From Bigelowiella natans CCMP2755 (lineage: Eukaryota; Protista; Cercozoa), in assembly GCA_000320545.1 (NCBI GenBank), contig ADNK01002290.1, positions 62,001 to 126,000 of the forward strand: DNA of 64,000 nt, read 5' to 3'. Positions within the stretch are counted from its first letter, which is position 1, and every line of letters starts with the position of its first letter. The position numbers were made by a program, and so were the translations under genes. Under the pieces are notes generated by a model. It saw only the letters and a list, made by a program, of their open reading frames with translations. It ran no database searches and was not told the DNA's origin. Positions 14,701 through 27,842 of the stretch are shown one piece after another.

Positions 14701-17568
14701 TGATGTTGTTGACGAAAAACAACGCAGCCCTGAAGCTGTTGTTCGACTACAATCTTCTCAAACATGACTCCACGGAGGTGATATTTGGAAGTGACTTTCC
14801 GCTGGACAGAAGCGACTTGCAGATATGCCTTAACTTACAAACACTAAAGACGCATATGGTGCATGGGCGCACGGTTGTTCTTGTCTACTGTGAGTCGCTT
14901 TATGAATCACTTTACGACCTTCTTAATCAGCACTACTCAGAGTTTGGCGGTAAGCAGTTCGTAAGACTTGCTTTTGGTACCAGCAACAAGCTGTGCGAAA
15001 TTCATCCTTCGTTTCGCGTTATTGTGGTTGTGGAAAAGATCGATGCTTACAATCGTCTAGCCCCACCTCTCCTCAACCGATTCGAAAAGCAGGTTATGGA
15101 ACGTGCAAACCTTCTGAGCGAGCTACAGCGTCAAGTTGTCTCCACGTTGCAGAGTTTCTGCACATACTTCGTAACTGGTAAGCAGACTGGGCGTGCAAAG
15201 CTATCAGAACTGAGGGGTGCGTTCTGTGGATTCCATAGCGACTTCTTAAGCTCCCTCGTACAGTCGATGGGAAAGCTCTCTGACCTGGACCAATTTACAC
15301 ATGATTGCCTTATCCGACTACTATGGCTTACCACACCTGAGGCTGTGTGCCGCCTGCTCGAATCACAACAGAGCAAACTCACTATTCAGCAGAACTTTGG
15401 CCTAAATGTCGTAGATACATATTTTCAGACGCAGCACCACTCCGACATGGTGACTTTCGCGGATGGAATGCTGGAGGATTGGTCCGACGACTTCGGATCA
15501 CAGATCTGCCTGCTCACCTTCTCCCCCCTTACATTACAGTCGGGCACTGTGCTACGGGAACAGACTAAGTGGAAAAATGTGACGGTGTGCACACTCCATG
15601 AGATGTCCACCGAGAGAGACCTCAAGCAAGCGGCCACTGAGTTCTTCTCCACAGCGAAAGATGGCTCTGTGTTCCTCCTGCAATGTGACCCTCAGGCAGG
15701 TTCAGTACGCCGTATTGAGCATGCCCGCTACATTCTCGAAAAGTTGCGTGATGAACAGGCCAGGACAGCGGAGAATTATTGTCCTGCTGATGATAATAAT
15801 AATAAGAAGAATAATGATGATGATGATGATGAGTCCGACCAGAAGGTAGAACATTATTCTGTTGATACCAAAGCAGCAGCAGCAAAAGCATCATCATCAT
15901 CATCAGAAGTAGAATCTAAGGAAAAGGAAGACGGCAATGCTGATGCCAATGTTGTTGTTGTTGATGCCAAGGGAAGGAGGATCCCTGCTACTTCAGAATC
16001 CAAAGCTATTGGTCCCAACGATACAAAATCATCACCATCATCATCTGGAGTAGCAGCTACTACTACTACTACTACTACTACTACAACAACTACTACTCCT
16101 ACTCCTGAACTCAAGCGATCTGATAGTGAAGGAGCAGAAGATGCCAAGCACGATGGTAGTAGTGGTCAGACCTCTGGTGTTAGCATTCATGGTAGGGTCA
16201 TAGAAGAAGAAGATGTGGAAAGAGAGCGAAAGCAGGAGGAGAAGAAGAAGAAGGCTGCGACTGTGACAAAGAGTGTTGATGGTAAGGGAATTCATGTTAT
16301 TATTCTCGTGCACCTTCCTCGACGGGATAATAAGTACCTGATCGATTTGGATAAGCGGTGGCGGTATGCCTTCATTGATGATGTAGAGCCTGCAGCAAGC
16401 ACTGGTCTCCCTGACATCAGGAGTATGCTCGATACGAATTTGCAGATGGTCGACATCGTACAAAAATTGGATGTACGTCAGGTACTTCTCATGTCGTTTC
16501 GACAGGCGCTTGCTCGGCTGTCATACCTCAATGCAAGAACGAACGAGGATGTGAAGAAGCAGATCGGATTCTTACTGCGATGTATCCGTCACGACAACGA
16601 CTTCATGACAGTCATCGAGAGCTCATTACTTGACATTATTGGCCAGAGTAACGTACATCTTGACGTTGCTAAGGCCTCAGATAAAGGTGAGGACCTGGCT
16701 ATAGCGGGAACCTTTCAAGCCGCACTCCATCGTCAAATTTTAGACGTAATGTCCTCAGCGTTTGCCATACTCCTCAGTCATGCAGATCGCAACTTGCAGC
16801 TGCGGATGCTGTCTGAATCTAACCTAGGTATACGCGACATTTGGCTTACGCTTTTCTCGCGATCGATGAAAGATCTACAGCTTGTACAAACAGACTTGAA
16901 AGTGATGAACTCGATCGTTGAAGTACCATCAGATGGAACGAGTAGCCAGGCCTTCCAGTCGCGTTTTCCGTTTAGCTTCTTTGTGTATAAGATCCTTAAT
17001 GACTTTCGAGGCCTCACAGAGAACGCTCAAGACCCATTGCGAGCTCTTCAGCAGCAGTTCACGCTAATGAATATTGGTAGCCGTATGGACGAAAAGATGT
17101 CTGTGGAGCTTATCCGTCGTTACATTTTCGACTTCACGTGTATGCACTGCGCCTTCCTCCAAAACATTTCCCGTAAGTCGCAGGCAAACATCGTTTGGTG
17201 TATTTTGAGACTGTGGAATCAAGCAAAGGATCTCCAACTGCTCTCCCAAGTGCATGCGATTTACTACCAATGCGAGCGGTTGCTCGAAGAGGTATTCGGA
17301 TTGATCACCGCAGTCCCAACCGCCACTGGGGAAATCATTAAGTTTGTAACTGAAGAAGCCTCGTTGTTCGGTGCTGTGATGGAGATCGAGCTGGTTGCGG
17401 TAGTAATCAGTGCCTTAAAGCCAGGAGCCCAGGCATGGAAGCATCATGCAGACTACATGCCATGGATGATCATGTTTGAAGACGTCAAGCCCATTATTGA
17501 CGGCATGCTTTTATTCGCATCGAGACGAGGAGGGGGAGTAGAGGAGGAGGGGGAGGATTTCAAGGGAA

Positions 17569-17600
<32 letters not shown>

Positions 17601-19553
17601 AAAAGTAGTAGTAATAAAACTAAGGTCCAAGAGCAACTTGCAAGTGTGAAGAGCCAGTGGGAGAAACTCGTATTCTTCTACACATTTGTTCGGGACGTGT
17701 CGTTGCCAATGAGGGTGGAACCTGCTGACTCTCTCAAGACGCTTGAGCCTATTGATAGCGAGAAGGCAGAGCTGCGTACTAGCTCTACCTTCCGCAGTAT
17801 AATCAAGATGTTCAGTGAGCTTCGTTTCAAAATCATCAACCCTGCTGAGGATTTCCTCTGTCCTATTACCTTGGAAGCTTTCAAGGAACCAGTGGTGCTT
17901 GTGGGGGATGGCAGAACGTACGAAAGGGCTGCTATTGAGGAGTGGCTGGAGACCCACGACACGGCTCCGATGACGAATCTCCCCCTCACTACCAAAGAAA
18001 TTCGACCAAACCATGCAATTCAGGCCAAAGCAAAAGCCCTTGCGTCCGAAGAAAGTCTTGCTACTGCGGCTTCACGTTTCATGGAATTCTACATTTTCGG
18101 GTTGTGTTTTGGTTCCTCCAAAGGAGATGATGGTAGTCATAATGTCAGTGATCCAAAGCTGTTAGTGGATTTTGTGGCGCTGCTCGCTGGAAAGAAGCTT
18201 GGTAGGACGAGTATCGACGTTATGCCTAGTGAGGCTGGCCGAGTTGGGTTATTAAGGTGCATCCTGACACATCCCAATAAGATGCTAAGGGAGAAATCCC
18301 TTACTGTTGTTCTAAAGGCACTCACCGCGACTATCAAGAAGGCAAAGTATCTTGACACGAATCTTGCGGTGCACTACGCTAGTGTCCATGAGCAATTCAA
18401 GATGGAAGAAGAAAAGTGGGACCTAGATGATATGGTTACTGAGATATGCAAGGAGTTGCCATTGTTGAAGGAGGATCAAAAGTCCTTGACTGCTGTGATG
18501 AGCCATGACAAGATACTCCAGCTCATCGCAAAAATTCGATGTGTTCTCAGCAGGGCGGCCTCTGCCCTTGTCCAGTCTACAACTGCGACGACCGTTAAAG
18601 GAGAGAAAGCTAATACGGATGGTAGTAGTAGCATCAGTGGTGCCAGTGATAAATTTCAGCAGCAAGGCAAAACGATATGCATACAATTGCAAAGATTATT
18701 TCAAGTTCAGAACTCGATGAAGCGTCCTATTCGAATGTTCTTCCTCAAGAATTTGGAGAGGCTTCGTGGGGCTACTTTCCTGCGATCAGCTCTGCAACAA
18801 GCGCCATTAGGGACATCAAAATGGATCACAGAGTGGCGAGAGAGTGGCGATGCTGGCTTGATCCGGTTTTTAGGCCAGAATAAACTACCGAAGAACAACC
18901 CCTTTAAGATACTTCCATTCTTCAGTGATGTCGACAATGCCATCGCAGCTGGCATAGCTCCGAACGCAGGTGACTTCGCGTCCCTGCAGAAACTCATCAA
19001 AAGTGTGGAGGGAAATCCGAAGAAAATAGCCCAGCTGAAGGGTGCGCTTCTGGCAGGGGTGTTTCACGAGTGTTTTCTCCTCAAATCACTGCAGGAGATT
19101 CCAAAGTCTACTCTATCAAGGGTCAGAGAACTAGCGAACTATATTCACAGCTCCCAAGACCTCAAGTTCCTCTCTAAGGAAGAGAGGACATTGATTGCAT
19201 TCTTCTGCTTGGATGAATCTAAGCAGAAGCAGCATCACGGCGGCAAGATCAACCCTGCTGTTGAGTACTTCAACTTGGACCAAAAGACCTCAGCCGAAAG
19301 AATCATGCTAATCCGGCTCTGTGTTCACGTCGGAGTGGCGGCAATGTCAAATAGTAGCAGTAGTTCTGGAGGTGGTGGAGGTATCTTCAGTCTTTTCCAC
19401 AGTTTGATCACAAATCCTGAAAGCTTAAAAGGGACCTGGCTGCCTTGTATGGTGGAAGATCTTACGGCAATGGCTGTAGCTGCGCTAGGAGGCCGTTGGT
19501 ACAAATGCTCCAACGGTAACTTAGAAAATAGCATTCGTAGCTTGTATTTCGTG

Positions 19554-19589
<36 letters not shown>

Positions 19590-22500
19590 GTTATCATCAT
19601 CTGTCACATTATCTGGCTGTAAAAGAGAGCATTGCTCTAGTCGTACTTCGTGTTACATGATATTGTCGTTGCCATTGTTGTTATTGTTGTTGTTCAGCTT
19701 TTTTTCCTTCTTTTTCCTTGTTAGTGTTTTGTAATGCAATGCTTCCACTGTTGTTATCATTGTCACTAGGTCACGCATATTATGTTGATAACTGCGGCCT
19801 ACCCATGCAGGTGTGTTTACGTGTGTTATTTTATTGCTAGTATGGGGGGGAATGATATTATTGGGGGCGCATAACTTAACTAAGTATTTGTTTTTCATTT
19901 ATTGATTGAACAGAGCTTTTATTTACCTTTACTGCTTCTCGCCCCATGTATTCGCTCATACGATATATATTTGTTGTTGTCGTTTTTGTTATTTTTGTAG
20001 GTGTTGAAATGCGCCACGTGTGGTGTGAAAATAGGTGGTAAAGACCACAATCCTCTTCCAGGCCAAACTGATCTTGACGGAAAACAGCAAACTCGACAAA
20101 GCGGCGGTGGTCCAACGGCCATAAAGGATCAATCCGAGCCTAATTATTGCCTGAAAGCGCCCAAGGACTCAAAAAGTCCCTTTGAAACTGTGAGAGGGCT
20201 ATCTCCTACATGTAACCGCACAATAAGGACCTTAATGCACGCAGCACTGCTCTTGGGAGCGCTATGTGGTGGTTCTCGGTGGGAGGTAAAGGTCAAGTCC
20301 ATTTGCAATAAAGCTTACGTTGCAACGTCCAATTACGGGCAGTATTTCCTGGAACACATGGAGAACGACTTTGCAATCTTAACTAAGCTGGTGAGAAAGT
20401 CTCAGGACGATATTATGCTGCTACTGCATGCAGTTCTCTCTCCGCTTGAGTCTTTGGAAGGCAAAAACGACAACAACGCACACCAGGCTATTCCACTGGA
20501 GCAGATTGTGCAGTTTGCACACAGAGCAGAAGTAAGGAACAAACTTGCTCAGATGATGCAGCTCCAGCAAGAGGAAAGGAAAGCGCTACAGGCCTCATCA
20601 GGTCAGATGCAACCGCATGAATACCAGCAGCAGTACAAACAGGCAAGTGCCAAATTGAATGTGCTTTATGGTTTGCATAACGCCATGAAACGTGTCCCTC
20701 TGGGTATGATGGGCATGCTGGGTGTTGGAGTCCAGAGGTTCATTCCAAACGGTATGCTGGCGCAGTTTGAACAGAGAAATCCTGACGTATGCGCTTACAT
20801 AAAAGCTGAGCTTGGTCCGATCGTTGTACAGCTATCTGGAGGCGACGATATGAAGGGCTTGGGCACTTGGCAACGACTTAAAGATTCTAATGCCCGTAAT
20901 GCGTGGGAGAGGCTGATGGCAGTTCGCACTGACCCCTGGTTTGAGAGTAAGTCTCTTGCTGCAAAAATTGCTACCTCAAAGTCCATGTTTGGTACTACCG
21001 ACGACGATGAAGGCACTGTCTTCATGAGTGAATTGATGGAAAAGGTTGATGCAACATCGATGCCTACTAAGCTTAGGGCTAAGCTGTGTCCAGCCCTATG
21101 GAGGTAGGTAGGTAGGTAGGTAGGTAGGTAGGCAATTGGGATAATAATACTACTGTGCATGATGATGATGATGATGATGATGGTAGTAGTAGTAGTAGTA
21201 GTAGTAGTAGTATCAACGGTCCATGCATATAGCTGCTAAGTCCCCGTCCATGATTCTATAGATATCGATCTCCGTTCTCGCTGGAAGATTTCACACTGGA
21301 ATTGAACCTTGTGGAAAATATGCAACAAGAGGAAAAGAAGGTCACTCATTCACTCACTCACCCAATCGTCATTTTAAGATTGATCATTTTAGAGAACTAC
21401 ATAAAATATGCGATGACTATTGGATGAGTCACTGACTGACTCCATGAATACTAAACTGCATGGAAACATTATCGTCATCATAACCATTGATCGTCCATAT
21501 TATCTTGACTGTAACCATCACATCGTACTTACTACCACCCACAGACAACGTCGTTTCCTCTTTTAAGCAACTTTTTGAACGAAGAGCAAACATTGAGGCC
21601 ATTGCGGTACCTTCCAGCAGCCATAGAGTTCCAAACACTTCTACTCAAGCGTTTCAATCGGGCATTAGATAGGGAAACAGCGCTTAATATGACGATTAAA
21701 GACGTCTTAAAGACAGCCCCAAACAAACAAAAGTGGAGAGAGGCGTTCGAGGGGTTCAAGAATGCATGGAATCTAGGATGGCGCTTTGTGGAGCGATTCG
21801 GTTGTTTAGAGTTGCCAAAGGTAGTATGTAATAATAAATCAGTAGTAGTAGTAGTAGAAGAAGAAGAAGAAGAAGATGATGATGATGATGGTGATAGCTG
21901 ATTTCCTACAATGTCTATAAATCGCACAACAACAACAACTACTACTACTACTACATACCAACCAGATGATGTATCAAGTGATGACCCCCTCCATTCCATA
22001 AAATCATCATTGTTATTCAGGCTTATAAGGGCATCGTAATGGACGAGAGTATCTCCATCAACTTCTGCATGCCGCAGGAAAAGAACCAGGGTATTTGTGC
22101 CCTTGCCCTAACAAATTACCTTTGCACGAGACACAACCAATTCGTGGAGCTTGTATATGAGCGCCTGCTTCTTCGTGGCGGAAACATGCAACGAATTGAA
22201 GATCGAAAGAGTGTGGTCACTACCAACTTCTTCTCTACGGCGCATGCACTTTCTTATTCTCTCCAAGATAAGTTCTCCCCCTATGTTGCAAAGAATTGTG
22301 TGACGTTCACAGACGATGGTCGCATTGTGTACGACTTTGAGAATGCAGAGCAGTATCTCCTCGATGTGTTTTTTACTGGCAAACCTTTGGTGAAGCAGAT
22401 GGTTCGCATGGTACAGTACCGCGATGATGAGGGTGCTGTCAACACTCACCTCTTCCGTCAGAAGGTCACGCAGGTGGCGCTGTCTCGAGAAGAGCAGAAG

Positions 22501-23484
22501 AAGATTCTTTCTGAGCTAGGATCTCCTGCCGCAGCTAACAAATGCATGCGGCTACTTGAAACATGCATTAGCTTCTTGCAAGCTACGGGTGGCAGTCTTG
22601 TTCAGAAACTTGACGTTGCTGACCTCAAGATATCAGACTATGTCAAGGATGTATTGTTGATGGATGACGTCATATTTGGCAGTGAAACAGTGAAGCGCAA
22701 CATGAAGCTCAAGCACATTGATGGTCTCTTTAAGATTCTTCGAGGATACACTGTTGCGGATGTGTTCGAGGCTGTCCGTCCAAAGTACAAGGACTCTCTG
22801 GATCAGAAAGCTACCTCCATCGTCAAGGACAGGTCATAATAATCATAAGAATTATAATCAATAATACAGCAACCATTGGTAGCATGTGGTTGGAATGAAT
22901 GAAGATGATGATAATAATGGTGGTGGTGGTGGTGGTGAAAGAGTTTCAGTGATGGTGATGACGATGATAGATGATGAATGATGCGATAATATACTGTTTA
23001 TGTATCGTTAGTTTGAGGAAATTGAATCTTGAAGTGCTTCTACCGGCAATGCAAGAAGCTATCATTCAATACCTCAGCGAAGGAAATATGTCAGCCGATG
23101 GCCCTATACATGAGTTCTTAGGTGCGAAAGAAGTCGCGCTGCTCATTAACTACTACTCGCATCATGATGATGATGATGATGCGTCATTTCTGTTTCAGAC
23201 TACTGAATATTCTATTACTTCCTTTAGGTTATATGGAGCACGATGATGTGTACTTCAATGATATGTCGTGGTTCCAACACTTCCCAAAGATGGTATGTAA
23301 TACGAAAAATTAAACATTAATCATACTATCATTAACTTATACAGTTCCCACGCACTGAACGTAAAGAACTTATCGTACCAGAATTTTTTATTAATACTAT
23401 GTTTTTAATTCTCCTTTGCAGCTACTCATGAAAAATATCTGCGACGTGTACAAAGTCTTCGAAGACAACTATTCGGCTACATAA
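2489..23484 (+). CDS. RNF213: RNF213/mysterin-like giant AAA+ ATPase / E3 ubiquitin ligase (>5000 aa, many exons)
   Basis: Large exons lie within ORFs 5088..8786, 8818..12954, 13752..19622, 20001..21107 and 22039..22839, joined by GT-AG introns. RNF213 hallmarks: NGAGKS, GETGCGKS/LLLDEVNT, IAACNPYR, LVYRVHPLP, VSLRDV, VGKPGTSKS/LLDEVGLAE, GISNWSLDPAKMNR, GLREFYS, IFGSDFP, LYDLLNQ, PPLLNRFEK, N-terminal CBM20-like domain, RZ finger. Stop TAA at 23482-23484. Confidence 0.93.
2820..3215 (+). other. Tudor-like domain 1 of the RNF213-like protein
   Basis: Spliced sequence LLGKQVSIFWADSKVWYKGKIDQFDEKNGKHHISYEDNDKRW matches the Tudor consensus G.RV.V.W..D..WY.G.I......H.I.Y.D. Confidence 0.75.
3375..3815 (+). 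other. CBM20-like domain of the RNF213-like protein
   Basis: VTFHCI...VYLKGNLAVMGTWD..GVPM....PNLWFVEVELP...EGGLNR. Confidence 0.75.
4885..5165 (+). other. Tudor-like domain 2 of the RNF213-like protein
   Basis: Spliced sequence FKVGDRVRCNYKKRGKWYSGQIMAKSDAGVFFVQYDDGDTEDDV. Confidence 0.8.
9034..9105 (+). other. RanBP2-type zinc finger
   Basis: ETWNCPSCTTSNKMEYVFCMVCT fits W-x-C-x2-C-x3-N-x6-C-x2-C. Confidence 0.85.
11002..11052 (+). other. Ubiquitin-interacting motif (UIM) inserted in the AAA region
   Basis: LSEEEQLAMALSLSAAE matches UIM consensus EEE.L..AL.LS. Confidence 0.8.
17841..18035 (+). other. U-box domain in the E3 module
   Basis: PAEDFLCPITLEAFKEPVVLVGDGRTYERAAIEEWLETHDTAPMTNLPLTTKEIRPNHAI is a canonical U-box. 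Confidence 0.92.
19497..20051 (+). other. RZ finger split over three exons, including a 41-nt micro-exon at 19770-19810
   Basis: Spliced sequence WYKCSNGHAYYVDNCGLPMQVLKCATCGVKIGGKDH; all RZ Cys/His positions are present. Confidence 0.88.
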
Positions 23485-23701
23485 GCATCTTGCTGTTCCT
23501 ATTGCAGTGCTTTTATTACTTTGTAAACCCAAATTACGCAAGATATCCTATACCTCATAATCCCAATAAGACAATCTAGCAATGTCGGCAACAGTCTACA
23601 TTGCACCTCGAATGAGTTGCATTGTGAAAATATGCACAATACGATGTTCATAGTCACAATTAGTAAGACTAGAAGAGCATGAAGCTGATTTGGTACATGC
23701 A

Positions 23702-23729
23702 CTTGGTGAGCTCATGTGAACGCAAAAAA
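23702..23729 (+). repeat. Left terminal inverted repeat
   Basis: cttggtgagctcatgtgaacgcaaaaaa versus the reverse complement of the right end, cttggtgagctcaagtgcatgaagaaaa. Confidence 0.8.
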
Positions 23730-24079
23730 CAAGCAATTTCACGGGTTCGAAACCGAAAAAAAGGTGCGATTTGAACACGCGCAATGCCAAAAAAATCCAC
23801 AATTCAAAACGTGGATCAGTTGCGTGCACTTGCAGTGTTGTCACACGCGCGATGTTTGCATGAATTGAAATGGTGGGGAATTGAAAGCTGGGGCCGTGCA
23901 TCTGCGACAGCAGAGCGCATGTTTCTTCAAAAGCGAACGCGCGAAGCGAACTTCAACCAATGCATTGACCGAAGTGCAAACGACATTCGAGTTGAGCATG
24001 CACATGCATCGCACACCAGTGCGCAAACAATGCAGAACACCAGCAAATGCATGTGATTTGATGACAAAAATTGAACGAT

Positions 24080-27000
24080 TCAAGAGCCGATTGCCTCTGC
24101 TTGGCAATCCTTGGTGCAGAAGACAATTCCGTTCTTCACGGACACCACAACCATCACACACGCCTTGTGGCAAACTTTTCCACAGTTCGCACAATTCACC
24201 GCGTCTCCAGCTAGCCAGGTGGGATGGAAGGGCATTGACACTTGCTTGTCATTGGAACATTTGAGCGTGGGATCTGAGGTTCGCCTTCTTTCCATCCGTT
24301 TCCTCCTTTCGAGTTGGGAAGGAGACAAATGGGTTGGCAGTCCTTTCGAATCATCATCATTTCCCAACAAGAAAAAACACTTGCATCATTGCCTGTTCGA
24401 TGTTGACACAACAGATGCATTGACACAAACCTTCGACAGACATTGCACTCTGCACGTCATCGTCCTCATTTTCAGCTTCAGATTGCCCTTTTTCATCTTC
24501 TTCCGTGTTCTCCTCGTTGTCTTCATTGTCACTTTTCGACTCATGTGGCAACACAGCACGATGAAGGTGGTGTCCTTTTTTTGTCTGGACAACTTTGGGC
24601 AAAATCTGATCAATTTCTTTTGATTTCACTTTCGACAAAAGTGCATTTTTTGACACGTCATGTGACTCTTGATGCTGGAAGACACAATCCACCTTGCAAT
24701 CCTTGAAGAGATGAGAATGGAGGCCGTGTCCGACTCCGGGAAAGAGATGCAATGTTCTCTCATCTCCAATGTGGAACCATTCCAAAATCGTGGTCAAAAC
24801 ATGTGCACTCAAAGACCGAGGGAGTTTCGGGTGCGATGTGACCGAGTCTGCTCCAGAATGAGCATCACGTGCAACGTTCTCGTCATGCTGTCCTGGGGCC
24901 TTGGTTTTCTTGCAATTTCCCTTCCGCATTGCAGTGAACATTGTGACCACATTTTTGAGAACTGAACTCTTGGATGCACTGGGCTTGTTTGACATCACGT
25001 TGCAAAAATGCATGATTTCTTCAGGAGAAAATGTGCTGCACTTGTCTCTCATCAATCCACTGTCTTTCTGCGGATGGCGCATTGTCACGGTGCAATCTCT
25101 CTTGTTCTCTTTGCGCATGGTGCTGTGCATCATTCCAAAGAGGTTGTCAATCACTTCTCCTTCAAACTTTGTTCGACCGATCTCGAGATCCAGAAACATC
25201 AATCCTTCAAAAAAAAACAAAACTCAACAATGTGGAAGCATGTCAGAAAAGATTTTCTGACCGACCGCATTTTTTTTGCAGCAGCAGCTGGGCAGCAGCT
25301 TCACTGCTAGACTGCCTCCTGCGTGAAGAGACACGTTTTTCTTTTCGTTGCATGGCACTTGGGTGCCTTTGAGACTTTGGTGGCTCGCACTCTGTGCAAG
25401 TGCATCCAGTTTTTCATGCTTATGAGCTGCCAACACCGGTTTCGGTGTCTTGCAATTTTCACCATGCGGATGTTCACTCTGTTTCAGGCTTGCTGCGCTT
25501 GTCTGGAGCCATCCATCAGATGTGAAATTGTGCTTCTTCTTGAATTCTTCCCAATTGCTGCGATCGTGCTCCTCCATGAAAAGGTGTGCAATTCTGCGTT
25601 GCCCTGTGACAAGAAAAAATGCAGACATTGTTTCCTGTTGAAAGGAGTGATGCAAAGTTGCATGCATCTTTCTTCCTTCAGCACTTTCTTGACGTTCCTC
25701 ATCGAACGTTTCGTTCGTTGGGTCGCTCACGTGCAGGGATGTTTTCGCAGCACGTTCCTCCTCTGGCAAATCTCTTGCGCACGTGAATGAACCAAAATCT
25801 TTTGGGCTTGGCCATTTCAATTTTCCTCGCATGTCAGTTTCAGGATGCCACCGTTTCTTGAACACTTGCCAATTGTCTTCGTTCCGTTTGGAAACGTCAA
25901 CCACAATCTCAAGCAAAGATTTTCCGAATCCTTCTCCCTTCTTGGTGAATTTTTTTGTCGCGGTTTTCCAAGATGCAAGTCTTTGCTCTGCAAACTTCCT
26001 CCCATTCACCTTGATTTTTTTGTTGGCCACTTGTGCCAACCATTGATCTCTGAAGCTGGATGTGACACTTCTCAATTTCGTCGTGACTCTTATTTCATCC
26101 AACACGTTTCGCATTGTGCCGTGTTCGAAGATGCGCTGTGCATCTTCTGGTGTGCAATCCAAGCACATCACCTCAGCGTGAAAAGTGTTGCATCTGACGT
26201 CTTCTTTGTTTTCTTTGTGCAGAGTGTCAACCACAACTCTGCGATGATTGCCACTGATGGTTTCTCCTGGATGCCCCAATTCTGTCAAGGTGCCATTTTT
26301 CACTGCTTTGCGGACCGTGGCAATCAATTTTTCGGGCATGCCAGCATGGGTTCTTCTCATCGCAAAAAGGGGCATTCTCACGATGAACAAGTTGCATGTC
26401 GATTTTTTTCGTCCTGTCTGATCTAATGCTTCGTGTCAATTTCGGGATCTCATCTGATTCAAGCGGTCTGGCACGGATGTCTGACCCTGGTGCTTTGAAT
26501 TGTTCTCTTTTCACGAAACAATGTCCCAATGTTCGTTCGGCTTTCTGCCCATTTTTCCATGTTGTTATTGTTGAGTTCATCTTCATCTTCGCATTGCACT
26601 GCATGGAAATGTGAACTCAATTGGTGTGTTTTCAAAAACAACCAGCGTTCTGTTTGATCACCTCGACCAACTGTTGTGCCCTTGTCACCGAGCTGGAATG
26701 CGTCGTCAACCTTTTCCTCGTTGGTCCAAACGTGAAACAAGAAACATTGGCAGCACTCATTCTTGTTTTGATGTGTTTTCTGAAACCTTTTGTTTTTTCG
26801 AAGGATTCTCATCTTCTTGTTTTTCTGACAGCGATGCGTTGTGTTGTTGGATTTCCGACATGAACTCTGTGCAATCGGAAAAAAATGCATGGTGTCATTT
26901 CAGAATTGAGACTTTTTTTGTTGTTGTTGGCCAACCGCATTTCTTCGTGATGTTCCCTTTGGCAACTTTGTTCGACCTTTCGCTGGTGAAATCATCTTCA

Positions 27001-27300
27001 ACCATGTTCTTCCGAAGCACAGACAATTTTCCTGTTTCTGTGCCGATCAAGAACCAGTTGGGCACTTGTTTGCCGTTGAACTGCCTGGTCTTTGTCTTTC
27101 GCATTGCATGGATCACAGTGTCTCTTCTGGTCACGTTCCCTTCAACAGTTTTCAGAAAAACCATGGAAGCTCTTTGACCCTCAACCAATTCTTTGAAGTG
27201 GTGGTTGTCTGTCTCCACGGGGGTGTTTTTCAAAGACCCTCCCCCTCTCTTCCTCTTTGTAGATGCCTTTCAAAAATGTTTCAACTGAGTTGCAAATGCT
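24080..27300 (-). pseudogene. Transposon cargo: ParB-like domain + beta-class N6/N4 DNA methyltransferase-like fold (degenerate catalytic motif) + PHD-like finger; intron-containing and hypermutated
   Basis: ParB-like DIRARPLESDEIPKLTRSIRS (~26490-26420) and ETISGNHRR (~26260). MTase-like VSLHAGGSLAVKLLP...AVGLMFLDLEIG (compare LYxGDxLxxLxxLP...VDLIFTDPPYG) and HPKLP...ILEWFHIGDERTLHLFPGVG (compare HP.KP...GD.VLDPFxGxG). C-terminal CANCGKVCHKAC...FCTKDC. Confidence 0.55.
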
Positions 27301-27842
27301 TGTTGACATCAGGTGCAATGCAATCAACTCGACGAAGAAGCGGTGGAGGGGTTGCCGTGTCGAAGAGGCTCACAGAAAGGTGGAAATGCGTCAGTGGACA
27401 TTGTGCGTTGCATCAGCACCAAAAAAAAAAAAAGGAAAGCCTGTTCAAGAAAATCAGGCTTCACACATCACAACTGTGCAAACACGGAAGGGCTCATCAG
27501 CAGAGGGGGGGGTGCTCGGGATGGGAGCAAAGCCACCATCTTCCAACACAGGAATTTTCCGCAAAAGCTTTTCAAATGCGGAAAAGTGGAGAATTTTTGT
27601 GACATTTTTTTCATTTTTTTGAGGTGGATTTGCAAAACATCAAAATCAGAGGAATCTCCATTTGCTCTTTCTAGCTTTGGTTGATGAACACAATGAAATT
27701 GAAAAGTGTGAAATGCGATTTCAAAACAAGAAACAATGCACGCATGCTTTCTTGTTGGTTTTGAAAAGTGGAAATCGAATTTGAATTTTCATTCATTGAA
27801 CACGTGTTTGGATGAAATTGGAGCACACACGTTGCAAACGCA

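Noticed and set aside
5088-22839. Five separate large genes
   Set aside because: The ORFs end shortly after GT donors in microsatellite introns, and RNF213 motifs continue in order across them; this is one gene.
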